From: a virus
Taxonomy: Duplodnaviria; Heunggongvirae; Uroviricota; Caudoviricetes
Direction: 5' to 3' (one strand)
Length of the DNA: 64,000 bases
IMG/VR virus record: IMGVR_UViG_3300032280_000361
A model generated the notes under the pieces. The model did no database searches. It worked only from the letters and a program-made list of their open reading frames with translations, and had not been told where the DNA came from. The number at the start of each line of letters is the position of its first letter. Position 1 is the first letter of the stretch. The position numbers and the translations under genes were made by a program. Below are positions 1-9,917 of the stretch, in pieces.

Positions 1-617
1 GTATCACCTGCACCACTCAAATCTCTAACCTCAATATCATTGTTGACGGGGAATACTACATCCTTATATAAACATCCTTTCTCACTCATTGTGATAATAA
101 GTTTATCCGCCCACTCTTCGTATTTTGCACCAGCTTTCTCACAAAGTTCCCATTCATATTCATTCATCTTAATAAATGTATAATCGGAGAATGTTTGTAA
201 ATTAATTGGTTTCTTTGTATCGATGAATGTAAGTTCATGTCTTTTACTGATTTCATGTATATCATTCTCAGTTAAAAACCCTTTATCATAATCCGATACA
301 ATCACTGCATCCACATCCCAATCAACTCTATTAATATCGAATGCTGGTCTAACTCTATCAATTGAATCCACTCTTAGAAACATTTGATTAGATTTAACAT
401 CTACATATCTTGTCTTTGTTATCTGCTCTTTGTTAGTGATTAGATTCACACTAGCCCCTAATGATTCTAAGTTGGCTCTCACGTTACCTGCCATACCATC
501 GTTGGTGACAGTTCTAGATGGTTCAAATATAGGTACGGGTGCTTCTGGACACATTCTCGTTGAATGACCATAAATGAATACATCTGTACAACTATCTCCT
601 ATAACTAATATCTTCAT
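1..617 (-). CDS. PfkB-family sugar kinase, HldE/RfaE domain I-like (runs off the window edge; absent from ORF track)
   Basis: Manual translation from ATG at 617: MKILVIGDSCTDVFIYG..RMCPEAPVP..GMAGNV..SDYDKG..DLSGAGDT; EAPVP, SDYxKG and GAGD are HldE/PfkB motifs. Confidence 0.85.
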   Translation of the reverse strand, partial: MKILVIGDSCTDVFIYGHSTRMCPEAPVPIFEPSRTVTNDGMAGNVRANLESLGASVNLITNKEQITKTRYVDVKSNQMFLRVDSIDRVRPAFDINRVDWDVDAVIVSDYDKGFLTENDIHEISKRHELTFIDTKKPINLQTFSDYTFIKMNEYEWELCEKAGAKYEEWADKLIITMSEKGCLYKDVVFPVNNDIEVRDLSGAGD

Positions 618-638
618 AAACCTTTTCTGATATATATG

Positions 639-1043
639 TTACCAACTGATTTCCCAATCTTTAAACTCTGCCGCTAAACAATCAATCTTATAATCTTTTC
701 TACCCCCTACAACTTCTTGTATTCGATTCTTAGCGATGTTCCGAATACCATTCAACCCATGTGTTAATGCTAACTTATTTGGCCCCTCTGAACCGTTTCT
801 TACATTGGTTTCATTTTGCCATATATGTAAGTTCATTTGAGATAATACTATGATTGCTCTAATGGTTTCTGCAGTTATAGGCTCTTTACCTTCCTCCAAT
901 ATTAATTGTATATCATGTTGGATATCTGCAATCTCTTTAGCATACTCTTCTTTATGCTCTGTAATGAATACTTCTTTTAATTGAATGATACTTAATCTAT
1001 CAATTAATTCTGCTAATGTAGGTAAATACTTTCGTTCGCTCAT
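639..1043 (-). CDS. Hypothetical helical protein (DUF6165-like)
   Basis: AELIDRLSIIQLK N-terminus; overlaps the end of the upstream gene. Confidence 0.5.
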   Translation of the reverse strand: MSERKYLPTLAELIDRLSIIQLKEVFITEHKEEYAKEIADIQHDIQLILEEGKEPITAETIRAIIVLSQMNLHIWQNETNVRNGSEGPNKLALTHGLNGIRNIAKNRIQEVVGGRKDYKIDCLAAEFKDWEISW

Positions 1044-2227
1044 ATTAATGAAATGTATTGGTTAAGTGTTGATGGTATTTTTATATTATTATAATTCTGT
1101 GAAAAGATAAGATAATTTTTTAACTTTTCCAAGTATTCTTTTGTATTTGTATTATTTTCCTTTTGCAAATATATTAGTAAGTTCTCAATATCACCCAATA
1201 AGAAAGGAGAATTTTCTATTCCTTTTAGGGTATATGTTCGTTCGTAATACTCTTTAGCTTTATCCAAAACATTAAAGTTCTTCGTATCTAATATATCAGG
1301 ATATCTTACAAATTGAAATCTTATATTCGAATAATCGGTTATATAACCATTATCAATTAAGTAATCAAATGTTTCAAAAAATGAAAATACATTTAATATA
1401 GATGATGTGTATGTAAAGTCATAAACTATGTTATTATATTCTTTTCTTACATCGTTTAATTTATTTAGATTTGCCAGAAATACATCTGTCTTAAAGTTTG
1501 TTCTACCAAATTCACCAACTTCGAATAAACCATCTAAAGAAATGGAATAGATTACTTTTTTAAATCCTTTTGTTAATTCAAATATATTCTTGCCTTTATA
1601 GTTTAGTATCGATAGATTTGTTTGGAATTGTAAATCTACATTCTGAGGATGTGGTATAGTTTCTATAAAATCCCATGCCTTTTTTGTATATAATGGCTCC
1701 CCTCCTGCTATATAAACATATTCTAAATGCTCTAAATCTTCTTTACTGAAATCATTATTTAATATGTGTAATTTCTTACTATCAAATGGTATCCCATTCT
1801 TTTCATTCCACTCTTCTCTTTCATCATACCAACTCGTAGAATCTCTTTCACTACACATTCTACATTTAAAGTTACATTGGTTAGAGAATCTAATATCTAA
1901 AAATACTAAATCTTTTTTCTCCTCTCCACTTATTAACTCATCATATTGTTTATTAAAATGTGCGTTCTTTTCTTGTCTAAAACTTCTACCACCGTATTCC
2001 TCTTTCTTCCAGCATATATCACACATCTTATTCTTAACTCCACTCTTTAAATCCTCTCTTAATTTTTGATAAGATGGATTATTAAACAACTCATCAAAGT
2101 TTTTGAAATCATTATAGTTCTCATCAAAGAATGAATCGGATATACAACATGGTTTCAGCTTTCCATCTTGAAAAACGGAAAGGTGCATAAATGGTAGAAC
2201 ACATATAGTATCTTTATTCGGCATCAA
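1040..2227 (-). CDS. Radical SAM protein with N-terminal SPASM/twitch-like domain
   Basis: CNFKCRMC (CxxxCxxC), GGEP, N-terminal C..PCC..CxxC. Confidence 0.9.
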   Translation of the reverse strand: MMPNKDTICVLPFMHLSVFQDGKLKPCCISDSFFDENYNDFKNFDELFNNPSYQKLREDLKSGVKNKMCDICWKKEEYGGRSFRQEKNAHFNKQYDELISGEEKKDLVFLDIRFSNQCNFKCRMCSERDSTSWYDEREEWNEKNGIPFDSKKLHILNNDFSKEDLEHLEYVYIAGGEPLYTKKAWDFIETIPHPQNVDLQFQTNLSILNYKGKNIFELTKGFKKVIYSISLDGLFEVGEFGRTNFKTDVFLANLNKLNDVRKEYNNIVYDFTYTSSILNVFSFFETFDYLIDNGYITDYSNIRFQFVRYPDILDTKNFNVLDKAKEYYERTYTLKGIENSPFLLGDIENLLIYLQKENNTNTKEYLEKLKNYLIFSQNYNNIKIPSTLNQYISLI

Positions 2228-3365
2228 ATAAGTTTATAATATTATCAATCTGTAATTGAGCAAATGTTTTAACTCGCTCTCTATTCAAATCTAATTCGTA
2301 ATGGCGTTCCTTTATCACTTCCTCTATCCCACTAATTGGGGTGTTCAACAATTTTTCTATCTCACCTAATACCATCTTCAATCTCTTCTTATCATTTATT
2401 TCTTCATCATAACTTTCATCTATCAACCAATCAAATGTAGAGAATCCCAATTCCCTAAGAGTTTTTAAAGTTCCATGTTGTGCAAATGTAATGAATGGAG
2501 TTTTGTATAGAAATCCTTTGAATAACTTTTCACTCAATACGATTCCACAATGAGAGTGGTAACGGGTTTCGAATATAGCTTGAAATGAACATTCTAAACT
2601 ATCTTGCAATGCCAGATTCTTAACATTTAATTCATTATCATATTTTAGTTTCTTTGGAACATAATTTGTTTCTATATCCATTGTTCCAAAATTAGCCATA
2701 TATTCTATTGCTCTGAACTTTTTATTACCATATCCAAACAAAGGTAAGAAGAATGATGTATTACATTTATCCCAATAATTTCCTTTCTCTAACATAGAAT
2801 ATAGATGCAATCTATCTTCTTTTACATTACAATTTGCAGAGAACATATTAAACTTTTTCTCTACACTATAATCAACTCCTTCTGTTTGTTTAAAATTATG
2901 AATCAATTGAAATGGAAAACATCCGAATCCAAACTCAGCATTAATTTTTGTAAATGCAAATCTAGAATTAAAAATGTTTCGTATAAATTTAAATCTCTTG
3001 TCAAATTTGAAAATCTCATAAAAGAAATCCTCCACTCCTAATAATCTCTCAAAGGTGTCCCAATTTACTTCATTTTGAAAAAATATAATTTGTTTATATT
3101 CCCCTCTATCCATTTTACTTTTGGCTTCTGAAAAATATCTACCTTCTTCTACTATTTGTTCGGATTGCCCGTTATATATTATAAAAAGAGTTGTATCGGT
3201 TTCCGAATAATTAAATTTAACATCAGCTAACTCTTCCAACATTTTAAACCAATAGTTATTGCCTTCCAACCATTCTCTTTGATTAAAATCTTTTATAGGT
3301 TGAAATCTGCCTGTATGAGAATTCTCATCATACAAAACTGGTAATATATTTATAACACTCCCCAT
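2214..3365 (-). CDS. Putative glycosyltransferase-like protein (GT-B-type C-terminus)
   Basis: ET..LSEKLFK..PFI..LRELGFSTFDWLIDESYD motif. Confidence 0.5.
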   Translation of the reverse strand: MGSVINILPVLYDENSHTGRFQPIKDFNQREWLEGNNYWFKMLEELADVKFNYSETDTTLFIIYNGQSEQIVEEGRYFSEAKSKMDRGEYKQIIFFQNEVNWDTFERLLGVEDFFYEIFKFDKRFKFIRNIFNSRFAFTKINAEFGFGCFPFQLIHNFKQTEGVDYSVEKKFNMFSANCNVKEDRLHLYSMLEKGNYWDKCNTSFFLPLFGYGNKKFRAIEYMANFGTMDIETNYVPKKLKYDNELNVKNLALQDSLECSFQAIFETRYHSHCGIVLSEKLFKGFLYKTPFITFAQHGTLKTLRELGFSTFDWLIDESYDEEINDKKRLKMVLGEIEKLLNTPISGIEEVIKERHYELDLNRERVKTFAQLQIDNIINLFDAE

Positions 3366-4372
3366 TTTGTTATTTCATTTTTAGTAAACAAATCCCAATA
3401 GTAGTATGATGGATGTCCATTTGTACAAAATCTACCCTCTTTCATTCTCTCCTTTGCTCTTTCTATTGGAAATATATCCTTTTCATTTATAGGATTCCCT
3501 TCTATATCCTCTACAAATAATGCTATGTATTCACTATCTCCTTCTTTGTATTGGTTTCTAGCATATACCCATTCCGTTATACCACCGTATTTTATATCAA
3601 CATCTTCGTAGAACCAAAATCCATTCAAATCCAACATCTTAAACAAATCATTTAAATACGAATCCGATTGAACAAATGTCAATGGCTTCTTTATAACTAA
3701 TTTTTTATCTAAGAAATATGATTTAAAATAAGCCTCCTCATTCTTTTCATCTAATTTAAAGATAGGATAGAATGGAATACTAAATGATTCAGTTTTACAG
3801 AAGATTTTATATGGTATATTATTTGCTTTACAGAAGTTCTGAAGCAATAGAATATGAACTAATGAGTTTATATAACAATACTCAATGGAATAGATATTAT
3901 CAGAAAATGCTTTAGCTATATCAACTATCTCTTTATAATCGGAGAATCCATCACTTACATTACTGATAGTCCCAAATTGGAAATGACCCGAATTATCATC
4001 TGTAAAAAGGTAGTTATTATTCCTAACGTTTGAGGTATCTATCCCAATATTCTTTCTTATCTGAAAATTAGAGGGGAAATAGAACGATTGGCGGGTGAAT
4101 TCCGTACATTGTAGGATGACTGATAGATTTGTATTACCTTCCTTTAATAATCGATTGGCGGTACTTATAATCGATAATACGGAGGTTGCTATGTTATTAC
4201 CTGCCATACCACTATTATATACCTTATTACCGAAATTGCGGTGAATTGCCTCCGGATATGAACCCAAAGGTGAAATACCATCGATAGGAGGAGTAATACC
4301 CTCTAATACCCTCTCTGCCTCCAATAAACGGAAGCTAGTGAAGGAACACCCTGCACATATAACATCTTTCAT
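3350..4372 (-). CDS. SGNH/GDSL-like hydrolase or acyltransferase
   Basis: N-terminal GCSFT, G..GN block, C-terminal GHPS. Confidence 0.6.
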   Translation of the reverse strand: MKDVICAGCSFTSFRLLEAERVLEGITPPIDGISPLGSYPEAIHRNFGNKVYNSGMAGNNIATSVLSIISTANRLLKEGNTNLSVILQCTEFTRQSFYFPSNFQIRKNIGIDTSNVRNNNYLFTDDNSGHFQFGTISNVSDGFSDYKEIVDIAKAFSDNIYSIEYCYINSLVHILLLQNFCKANNIPYKIFCKTESFSIPFYPIFKLDEKNEEAYFKSYFLDKKLVIKKPLTFVQSDSYLNDLFKMLDLNGFWFYEDVDIKYGGITEWVYARNQYKEGDSEYIALFVEDIEGNPINEKDIFPIERAKERMKEGRFCTNGHPSYYYWDLFTKNEITKWGVL

Positions 4373-4388
4373 TTAAACCCTTTTTCGG

Positions 4389-4661
4389 TTAATAAATAGG
4401 AAGTACGGATAGTACTATTGAAGCAAAGTCTTTATAAGTTGTGTTCTCATGTGTTATATCGATGATTTCCCAATCTAATCTCTCAAATCGGATTTTACCA
4501 CCTACATTTAAACAAGGACCTCCCTCAAAGTCAAACATTGTGATACCTTCGGTATCTGAGGATTTTCGGATGAAACGGGAGTTACCCATTAATCTGATTT
4601 TGTTGTGGGAAATTCGTTCGATGGTTCTTTCTTCTCCATCGCGGTTTTTGAAGGTTTCCAT
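4389..4661 (-). CDS. Hypothetical protein
   Basis: 90 aa ORF co-oriented with neighbours. Confidence 0.6.
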   Translation of the reverse strand: METFKNRDGEERTIERISHNKIRLMGNSRFIRKSSDTEGITMFDFEGGPCLNVGGKIRFERLDWEIIDITHENTTYKDFASIVLSVLPIY

Positions 4662-4691
4662 TCAATTTTGTCGTTTAGTGAAACAATAAGT

Positions 4692-4928
4692 TTAATTACT
4701 TTTATTTAAATATCTGGATAATAAGAAATACGACAACCAAAAGCAACCTGAAATTGAATAGAAAATTATATCTGCTACCCAATATGAACCACTCATATCC
4801 ATTATTAATTTGAATAGTGCGTCGTATCCAAAGGGGAGAAAGAACATTGCTAACATTAGAGATGTATCTTTGTATAAAGTTATTCTGTGTTCTCTTTCTT
4901 TTAACTTGTTTATTTTTTTTAATATCAC
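4692..4928 (-). CDS. Small membrane protein (2 TM)
   Basis: Two hydrophobic segments; GTG start. Confidence 0.55.
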   Translation of the reverse strand: MILKKINKLKEREHRITLYKDTSLMLAMFFLPFGYDALFKLIMDMSGSYWVADIIFYSISGCFWLSYFLLSRYLNKSN

Positions 4929-4965
4929 CGTCGCCCATCTAAGTTTAATTTCGTGAAAGTCGTAA

Positions 4966-5283
4966 CTATTTTGATTTAATAATCAATTCACCCAATACTT
5001 CTAATCTACCTACTTCGGTTTGAAAAGTAGTCTGGTCCATATCTAATGATATCTTACCCAAAGTTTCTGTAAATTCTTTTGTAGCAGCCTCAATATCCAT
5101 CTCACCATTTTTTGCCTTCTCATAGTAAGGTAATTTTACAACAAAGTGATGGTATGTTAATAAAGCATCGCCACCCTTTTCTTTTGCATTTTGAGATATC
5201 TTCGCAGCTCCATTCATTCTGTTATTTACAAAATCAATATCTTCTACTACTTCTTCGGATAATATATGTTTTAATCGTATCAT
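4966..5283 (-). CDS. Hypothetical protein with MIRLxxILxE leader (possible head-internal protein)
   Basis: N-terminus MIRLKHILSEE resembles genes at 35.3-37.6 kb; TATTTATT just upstream. Confidence 0.55.
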   Translation of the reverse strand: MIRLKHILSEEVVEDIDFVNNRMNGAAKISQNAKEKGGDALLTYHHFVVKLPYYEKAKNGEMDIEAATKEFTETLGKISLDMDQTTFQTEVGRLEVLGELIIKSK

Positions 5284-5299
5284 ATGAATAAATATAATG

Positions 5300-5959
5300 T
5301 TATTTAGTTATAGTATAATCCCAATTAGTTTCCGATGGTCTCCATTTACTATAATCTTCAGACCTCCAAACTTTAGTAGAATAACGGAAATAAGGTATTT
5401 TTGTTATATCGGCTGTTCTACTCGGTTGATACCATCGGGTTCTATTGTTTGGTTGTGCACAAAGTTGTCCGTTACTTAATTTAGATATATTATATGATTT
5501 GTGTTCGTTTGGGGTTTCACTCCACCCACAATCCACTTCATTGGGGTCAGAATGTGCAGTATCAATTGTAAAAAGATACTCTCCATCAATAACAGTCTGG
5601 TCTTTAAGAGTTGTGAAAGTTTTCGTTCCTCTTAATATTCGTTTTTCTATTACTGATATATTGTATGAAAGACAATCCCATAGTTGTAGAAAATCTAATG
5701 GGTATATTTTATCACCCTTTTCCAACTCTCTCCAACGAAATGCATGGAGAGGTAACTTGTCGTAAACTGCACCGAAATTATCAATATAAGTTTCGAAAAG
5801 AAGTGCTCTGTTTGGGATTGATTTGGCACTAACCCAATGTCCAGTTTCCCATTCACCATCTCCTAAATAATTTCCCTTTTCATCTGTTTGGAAATCGTAT
5901 AAAAATTTCTTATCTATTAATACTTCAATAGAAGGTATATTAGCAATTAAATAACTCAT
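5300..5959 (-). CDS. Hypothetical phage protein
   Basis: 219 aa ORF, LQLWDC and AQPNNR motifs, no function recognised. Confidence 0.6.
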   Translation of the reverse strand: MSYLIANIPSIEVLIDKKFLYDFQTDEKGNYLGDGEWETGHWVSAKSIPNRALLFETYIDNFGAVYDKLPLHAFRWRELEKGDKIYPLDFLQLWDCLSYNISVIEKRILRGTKTFTTLKDQTVIDGEYLFTIDTAHSDPNEVDCGWSETPNEHKSYNISKLSNGQLCAQPNNRTRWYQPSRTADITKIPYFRYSTKVWRSEDYSKWRPSETNWDYTITK

Positions 5960-5989
5960 CTAATTATGTTTATACCAATAAATATGAAA

Positions 5990-6484
5990 TTAAGAAATAA
6001 GATGTTCCAATCCCTTAGTATTTGCTCTACGATATTTTATATCAAATTCAGATGTTGTTGTACCTTGTTTTACTTGCTTTTTATACCACCAATAAAGGTC
6101 TTCCAATGTTCCTTTACCTCTTTGTCTTTCTAATGATTTTTCCCACAAATCCTTACCAAACTCTTTAGTGAACTCTTTCTGCAATCTCCATAGAATCATA
6201 TTCTCATCTCTGTTAGCTTCTATTTCCAATTTAATGGCTTTGATACGTTTCATTCTCCCCGCTTCTAATGCCGCTTCATTACGATTCTTTTCATCAGTAC
6301 CACCATAATTCTTATAAGCCTGGTCATACGCCTGTTTAGAGGATGCTCTTTGGGAAGCAGCTTCGTTAAACATATAAGAATAATCAAAGTCACCATTTCT
6401 TATCTTTAATAGTAGAGGAGCATCAGAGTTCAATGGTTTATTGGGTCTCCCCTTAGTCCACCATCTAAATGGATTGTATCCCAT
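5990..6484 (-). CDS. Hypothetical protein
   Basis: 164 aa ORF. Confidence 0.6.
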   Translation of the reverse strand: MGYNPFRWWTKGRPNKPLNSDAPLLLKIRNGDFDYSYMFNEAASQRASSKQAYDQAYKNYGGTDEKNRNEAALEAGRMKRIKAIKLEIEANRDENMILWRLQKEFTKEFGKDLWEKSLERQRGKGTLEDLYWWYKKQVKQGTTTSEFDIKYRRANTKGLEHLIS

Positions 6485-6485
6485 A

Positions 6486-6749
6486 TTATAGTTGTTGAAT
6501 TTTTTCCATTACATCAGTTACATCTTCTGGTCTCAAATACCCAATCACATCATCGGTAACTGGAGTATCGTATGTTAGCCTACCTTCTGAATCCAATACC
6601 GCTATCTCATATAATCCCTTATCACCTCCATAAGTGTGTGGAGTACATACAATACTAGCACCAAAACCATTATCAAATATGATACGGCTCATCACACCTC
6701 CCATTCCGGTAGAGTGTGGTATAAATTCTAAGTCTTTAAATGTTTTCAT
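6486..6749 (-). CDS. Hypothetical phage protein
   Basis: FDNGFGASIV..YGG..GLYEIAV motif. Confidence 0.6.
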   Translation of the reverse strand: MKTFKDLEFIPHSTGMGGVMSRIIFDNGFGASIVCTPHTYGGDKGLYEIAVLDSEGRLTYDTPVTDDVIGYLRPEDVTDVMEKIQQL

Positions 6750-7413
6750 ATAGATTAAATATTTGTTTATATTGTTTATGTAATTCTTTACAAAGTTTTC
6801 TACTTACTCCTTTACTAAATTTACTATAATCATAGTTAGTACTTAAATATGCCTGAATCTCATCATCTATTACTATTCCATTATATCCCATCTTAAATAG
6901 ATTATTTCTGAATATCTTATACTCTTTAGGTGGGATTGCAATAGTAACCTCATCAACTAATTCTCTGTATTGTTTATTAGTAGCATACAACCCATGACAA
7001 ACTTCATGTTCAAAAGTATCATCATTCGTTGAGGGTGCTCCAATAATGTAACCATTCCAATTACGGGTATTCTTTTTATTGAACATCGTCATTTCAATAG
7101 TTCGTATTATTTCATCCATCACCGCATCGTAAGGTGATTCGTATTCACTTAACTTCTCATAACAATCCCATGCAGTTTTCAATGGTATATTAAATCCACC
7201 CCAATCAAATGGGTATGTAAACACATCTTTGTTTCTTCTACTATACCATTCAATGTAATCCCAAATATTAAAGTTCTTACCTCTAAATTGTGGATTAGGT
7301 GATTCATAATATTCCTGCACTCTAAGAAATAACATTGCTCTATGGTAATGGTCTTTTACTATTACCGCAAATATGTTAGGTCTAACTTCTTCTATTTTGT
7401 AATCTATTTTCAT
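6736..7413 (-). CDS. Putative Zn metalloprotein (HExxH)
   Basis: FEHEVCHG plus downstream DEIQAY. Confidence 0.5.
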   Translation of the reverse strand: MKIDYKIEEVRPNIFAVIVKDHYHRAMLFLRVQEYYESPNPQFRGKNFNIWDYIEWYSRRNKDVFTYPFDWGGFNIPLKTAWDCYEKLSEYESPYDAVMDEIIRTIEMTMFNKKNTRNWNGYIIGAPSTNDDTFEHEVCHGLYATNKQYRELVDEVTIAIPPKEYKIFRNNLFKMGYNGIVIDDEIQAYLSTNYDYSKFSKGVSRKLCKELHKQYKQIFNLYENI

Positions 7414-8013
7414 TTAAATGTTTTCGGTTCGGAATATTTTTTCTAATTTTGGAGTAAGATAATCATACTTCATATTAAACTTATTACTCATTGCATTAAC
7501 TAAGTTTTTATTCTTATATGGTGAGTTTTTTGGTTTACTCCATTTTCTTGTTACCAACATCCAATTGTAAAATTGAACATAAGCATTTGCCTTTTTAACA
7601 TAGTGTACCAAATCAACTTTCAATTCAAATTTCTTAATTATTTTAACGGCTCTTTTCTCATTATCCAATTCTAAATCTCTGGCAACTCCAATATGTTTTT
7701 CAATGGTTCTACAATTTTTACCATCCAACCAATCCCATACTTTACCTAATGATACTTCTGCCTTTTTCCAAATCGGAACTTGCTCAACCCATTGTGTTAA
7801 GTGCCCATATTCATGTGCCAATATTTCAATCCAATCAGGTCGATTCATAGCAACTACTAATTCAGGTACTTCTTCATCAAACCACCCACTACATTTTACA
7901 TTACCATCCATCTTAACATACTTAGATGGTCGTAGTGAACATTTTACTCCATATGTTTTACATTCATCCTTCACAAATTGTATGAAGGCTAATTCTTTTT
8001 TTGTCTTATTCAT
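7414..8013 (-). CDS. Putative Zn metallopeptidase (HExxH)
   Basis: ILAHEYGHL plus downstream ELDNE. Confidence 0.55.
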   Translation of the reverse strand: MNKTKKELAFIQFVKDECKTYGVKCSLRPSKYVKMDGNVKCSGWFDEEVPELVVAMNRPDWIEILAHEYGHLTQWVEQVPIWKKAEVSLGKVWDWLDGKNCRTIEKHIGVARDLELDNEKRAVKIIKKFELKVDLVHYVKKANAYVQFYNWMLVTRKWSKPKNSPYKNKNLVNAMSNKFNMKYDYLTPKLEKIFRTENI

Positions 8014-8024
8014 TTGGTTAGGTT

Positions 8025-8054
8025 AAAAAAAGGAGGGGAAGATTTCTCCTCCCC
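8025..8054 (-). terminator. Intrinsic terminator after AAA ATPase
   Basis: GGAGGAGAA-ATC-TTCCCCTCC followed by T7 on minus strand. Confidence 0.8.
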
Positions 8055-8074
8055 AGCCTTCCGAGTTATGAAAA

Positions 8075-9295
8075 CTACCACACAATCGTATCACTATCAG
8101 TAGATGCTTCTTCTTTTACTTCATTGAAGAGAGTCTCATCTGTAGTTTTAATATATTTCTGAACTAATTGTTTCACATAAGTTCTCTCACTTTCCAATCC
8201 TCCATCTGCTGAAAAGAAAGGTAAGATAGCAACCTCAGCGGCCTCCATCAAAGTGAATCCATCGTAAAGTAATCCACCCATCTCTACCGATGCTCTCGTT
8301 GAAATCATATTAGTTAATTTAGCAACCTCTGAACGGCTAACCTCTCTGGTGTTGTGAGCAATCTCAGCAACAGCTCTCAAATCGGTCTCATCAACTTCGG
8401 GATACATCTTATTAAGTAAGGTGAACTCCTCTTCTGCGTTAAGTAAATCCATTTCAATCATTACGAAACGGTCTAAAATTGCTCTATCCAATACCCTTGT
8501 CGCAGTATATTCATTACCGATGTTTGCGGTAGCGATGAAAGTAACACCTTCAGCTACATTCACAATTGGAGAACCTTCTGCCTCATCCAAACGTAAGTAA
8601 CGTTGGTTAGCATCTAATACTGTCATTAAGATATTCCAAGCATCAGGGTGTGCTCTACTCAACTCATCCAATAACACAATTGCGTTTGGAGTTTTGATTG
8701 CCTTAATGAAAGCAGATTCAGAGAAGAAAGTTCCTTTCTCTTTAGAGAACTGAGTGTTACCAATTAAGGTTGCTCTCGGGTCTTGTGTAGAACCTAAGTT
8801 GAAGTAGAAATCAGGTCGTTGTAACTGAGTAACTAAGTGTTTAGCGGCCATTGTTTTACCACAACCTGCTGCACCTGTCATCATAATGTTCTTACCTCTT
8901 ACCGCTGAACGAATCAAATACTTCCATTTGATATCTTTGATAATTAAGTTTTCAGGCTTTAATTTCAAAGAATCTTCGTGGATGATTTTCTTAATCTCCG
9001 TATGGTCATTTGTAGGTTCAATATTAACCTCACCATTTTCTTTCAATGGTTTAATCATCATATTGTATTCCTCCAATGAAACACCTTTCCAACTTTTACG
9101 ACCTGTTTTGGAAACATGCTCTCTAAGAGCCATTGCACTCTCATAAGCATTCTTACGAGTCTTAGTGTTTGCACCACCATTACCAATGTTGATGCCTTCT
9201 GCTGTAATCATTTGGAACTGATTTCCAATTTTTTCAACTTTACAGATGTTGTTTGTGTAACCTACCGATACATCGGCCAAATTTTGATTTTTCAT
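8075..9295 (-). CDS. MoxR/CbbQ/CobS-type AAA+ ATPase
   Basis: Walker A GAAGCGKT, Walker B VLLDE, ATAN sensor, LDRAILDRF Arg finger; start placed at MKNQ (9295), 9325 also possible. Confidence 0.9.
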   Translation of the reverse strand: MKNQNLADVSVGYTNNICKVEKIGNQFQMITAEGINIGNGGANTKTRKNAYESAMALREHVSKTGRKSWKGVSLEEYNMMIKPLKENGEVNIEPTNDHTEIKKIIHEDSLKLKPENLIIKDIKWKYLIRSAVRGKNIMMTGAAGCGKTMAAKHLVTQLQRPDFYFNLGSTQDPRATLIGNTQFSKEKGTFFSESAFIKAIKTPNAIVLLDELSRAHPDAWNILMTVLDANQRYLRLDEAEGSPIVNVAEGVTFIATANIGNEYTATRVLDRAILDRFVMIEMDLLNAEEEFTLLNKMYPEVDETDLRAVAEIAHNTREVSRSEVAKLTNMISTRASVEMGGLLYDGFTLMEAAEVAILPFFSADGGLESERTYVKQLVQKYIKTTDETLFNEVKEEASTDSDTIVW

Positions 9296-9336
9296 AACTC
9301 TATTTTTGTGTGTGTGTTTAATCATTTATTACATAG

Positions 9337-9368
9337 TAAAGATAAGGAAAAGGTCTGAGACCGCCAAA
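9337..9368 (-). promoter_or_regulatory. Bacteroidota-type primary-sigma promoter (variant)
   Basis: TTTG-N20-TATCTTTA upstream of AAA gene. Confidence 0.7.
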
Positions 9369-9386
9369 TCTTTTTTCATTTATTTT

Positions 9387-9764
9387 TTATACCATTGGAA
9401 ATCCATTGGTATATGTGGTTGAACGATGCAAACTTTGTGAATGATTGCCCGGCTTAGATGTGTATGCCATTCTACCATAACTCTTAACCGATGCTGAGAA
9501 ACTACCCATACTATCCCAAGAACTCTCCCATTTCTCCGGTATTACCCCTTCTTTTACATAAACAAAGGGTGAATCACCAATCATCCCTGTGGAGGTAATA
9601 TCCTTATTAGCAACCTTACGGAAGATGTTTTTTCGGTTCTCCTTATCTACTTCAATGAATAGAACCGAACGAGCTTTTACCTTACATACTTTAAGGATTT
9701 TAGTTCCAGATTTACCATCTTTGGAAACTACCACGTGAACCATTTGACCAGTTAAATTTTCCAT
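9387..9764 (-). CDS. Hypothetical (probably early) protein
   Basis: 125 aa ORF with its own host-type promoter. Confidence 0.6.
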   Translation of the reverse strand: MENLTGQMVHVVVSKDGKSGTKILKVCKVKARSVLFIEVDKENRKNIFRKVANKDITSTGMIGDSPFVYVKEGVIPEKWESSWDSMGSFSASVKSYGRMAYTSKPGNHSQSLHRSTTYTNGFPMV

Positions 9765-9787
9765 ATCTCTTATCTTTTAGTACATAG

Positions 9788-9819
9788 TAAAGGTAGTGAA
9801 TGTCGCCCAATTATCCAAG
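9788..9819 (-). promoter_or_regulatory. Bacteroidota-type promoter (variant)
   Basis: CTTG-N20-TACCTTTA, same downstream CTATGTA as the 9337 promoter. Confidence 0.65.
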
Positions 9820-9865
9820 CATTTTACCAATTATTTTTCAAAAAAGTGAAATATTTTTTATTGAG

Positions 9866-9913
9866 TATCAACGAGTTATGAAAACAAATAACCCATTGAA
9901 AATCAATGGGTTA
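9866..9913 (+). promoter_or_regulatory. Two IHF-consensus boxes; the second forms part of an 11-bp inverted repeat
   Basis: TATCAACGAGTTA (9866-9878) and AATCAATGGGTTA (9901-9913) match WATCAANNNNTTR; TAACCCATTGA-AAA-TCAATGGGTTA at 9889-9913. Confidence 0.5.
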
Positions 9914-9917
9914 GTGT

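Noticed and set aside
4702-4938. Alternative-frame 78-aa ORF overlapping 4692-4928 (similar cases at 9953, 10937, 14831, 15109, 18248, 28893, 43070, 57580, 61893)
   Set aside because: Same-strand frame shadows, often over low-complexity sequence; no independent support for dual coding or frameshifting
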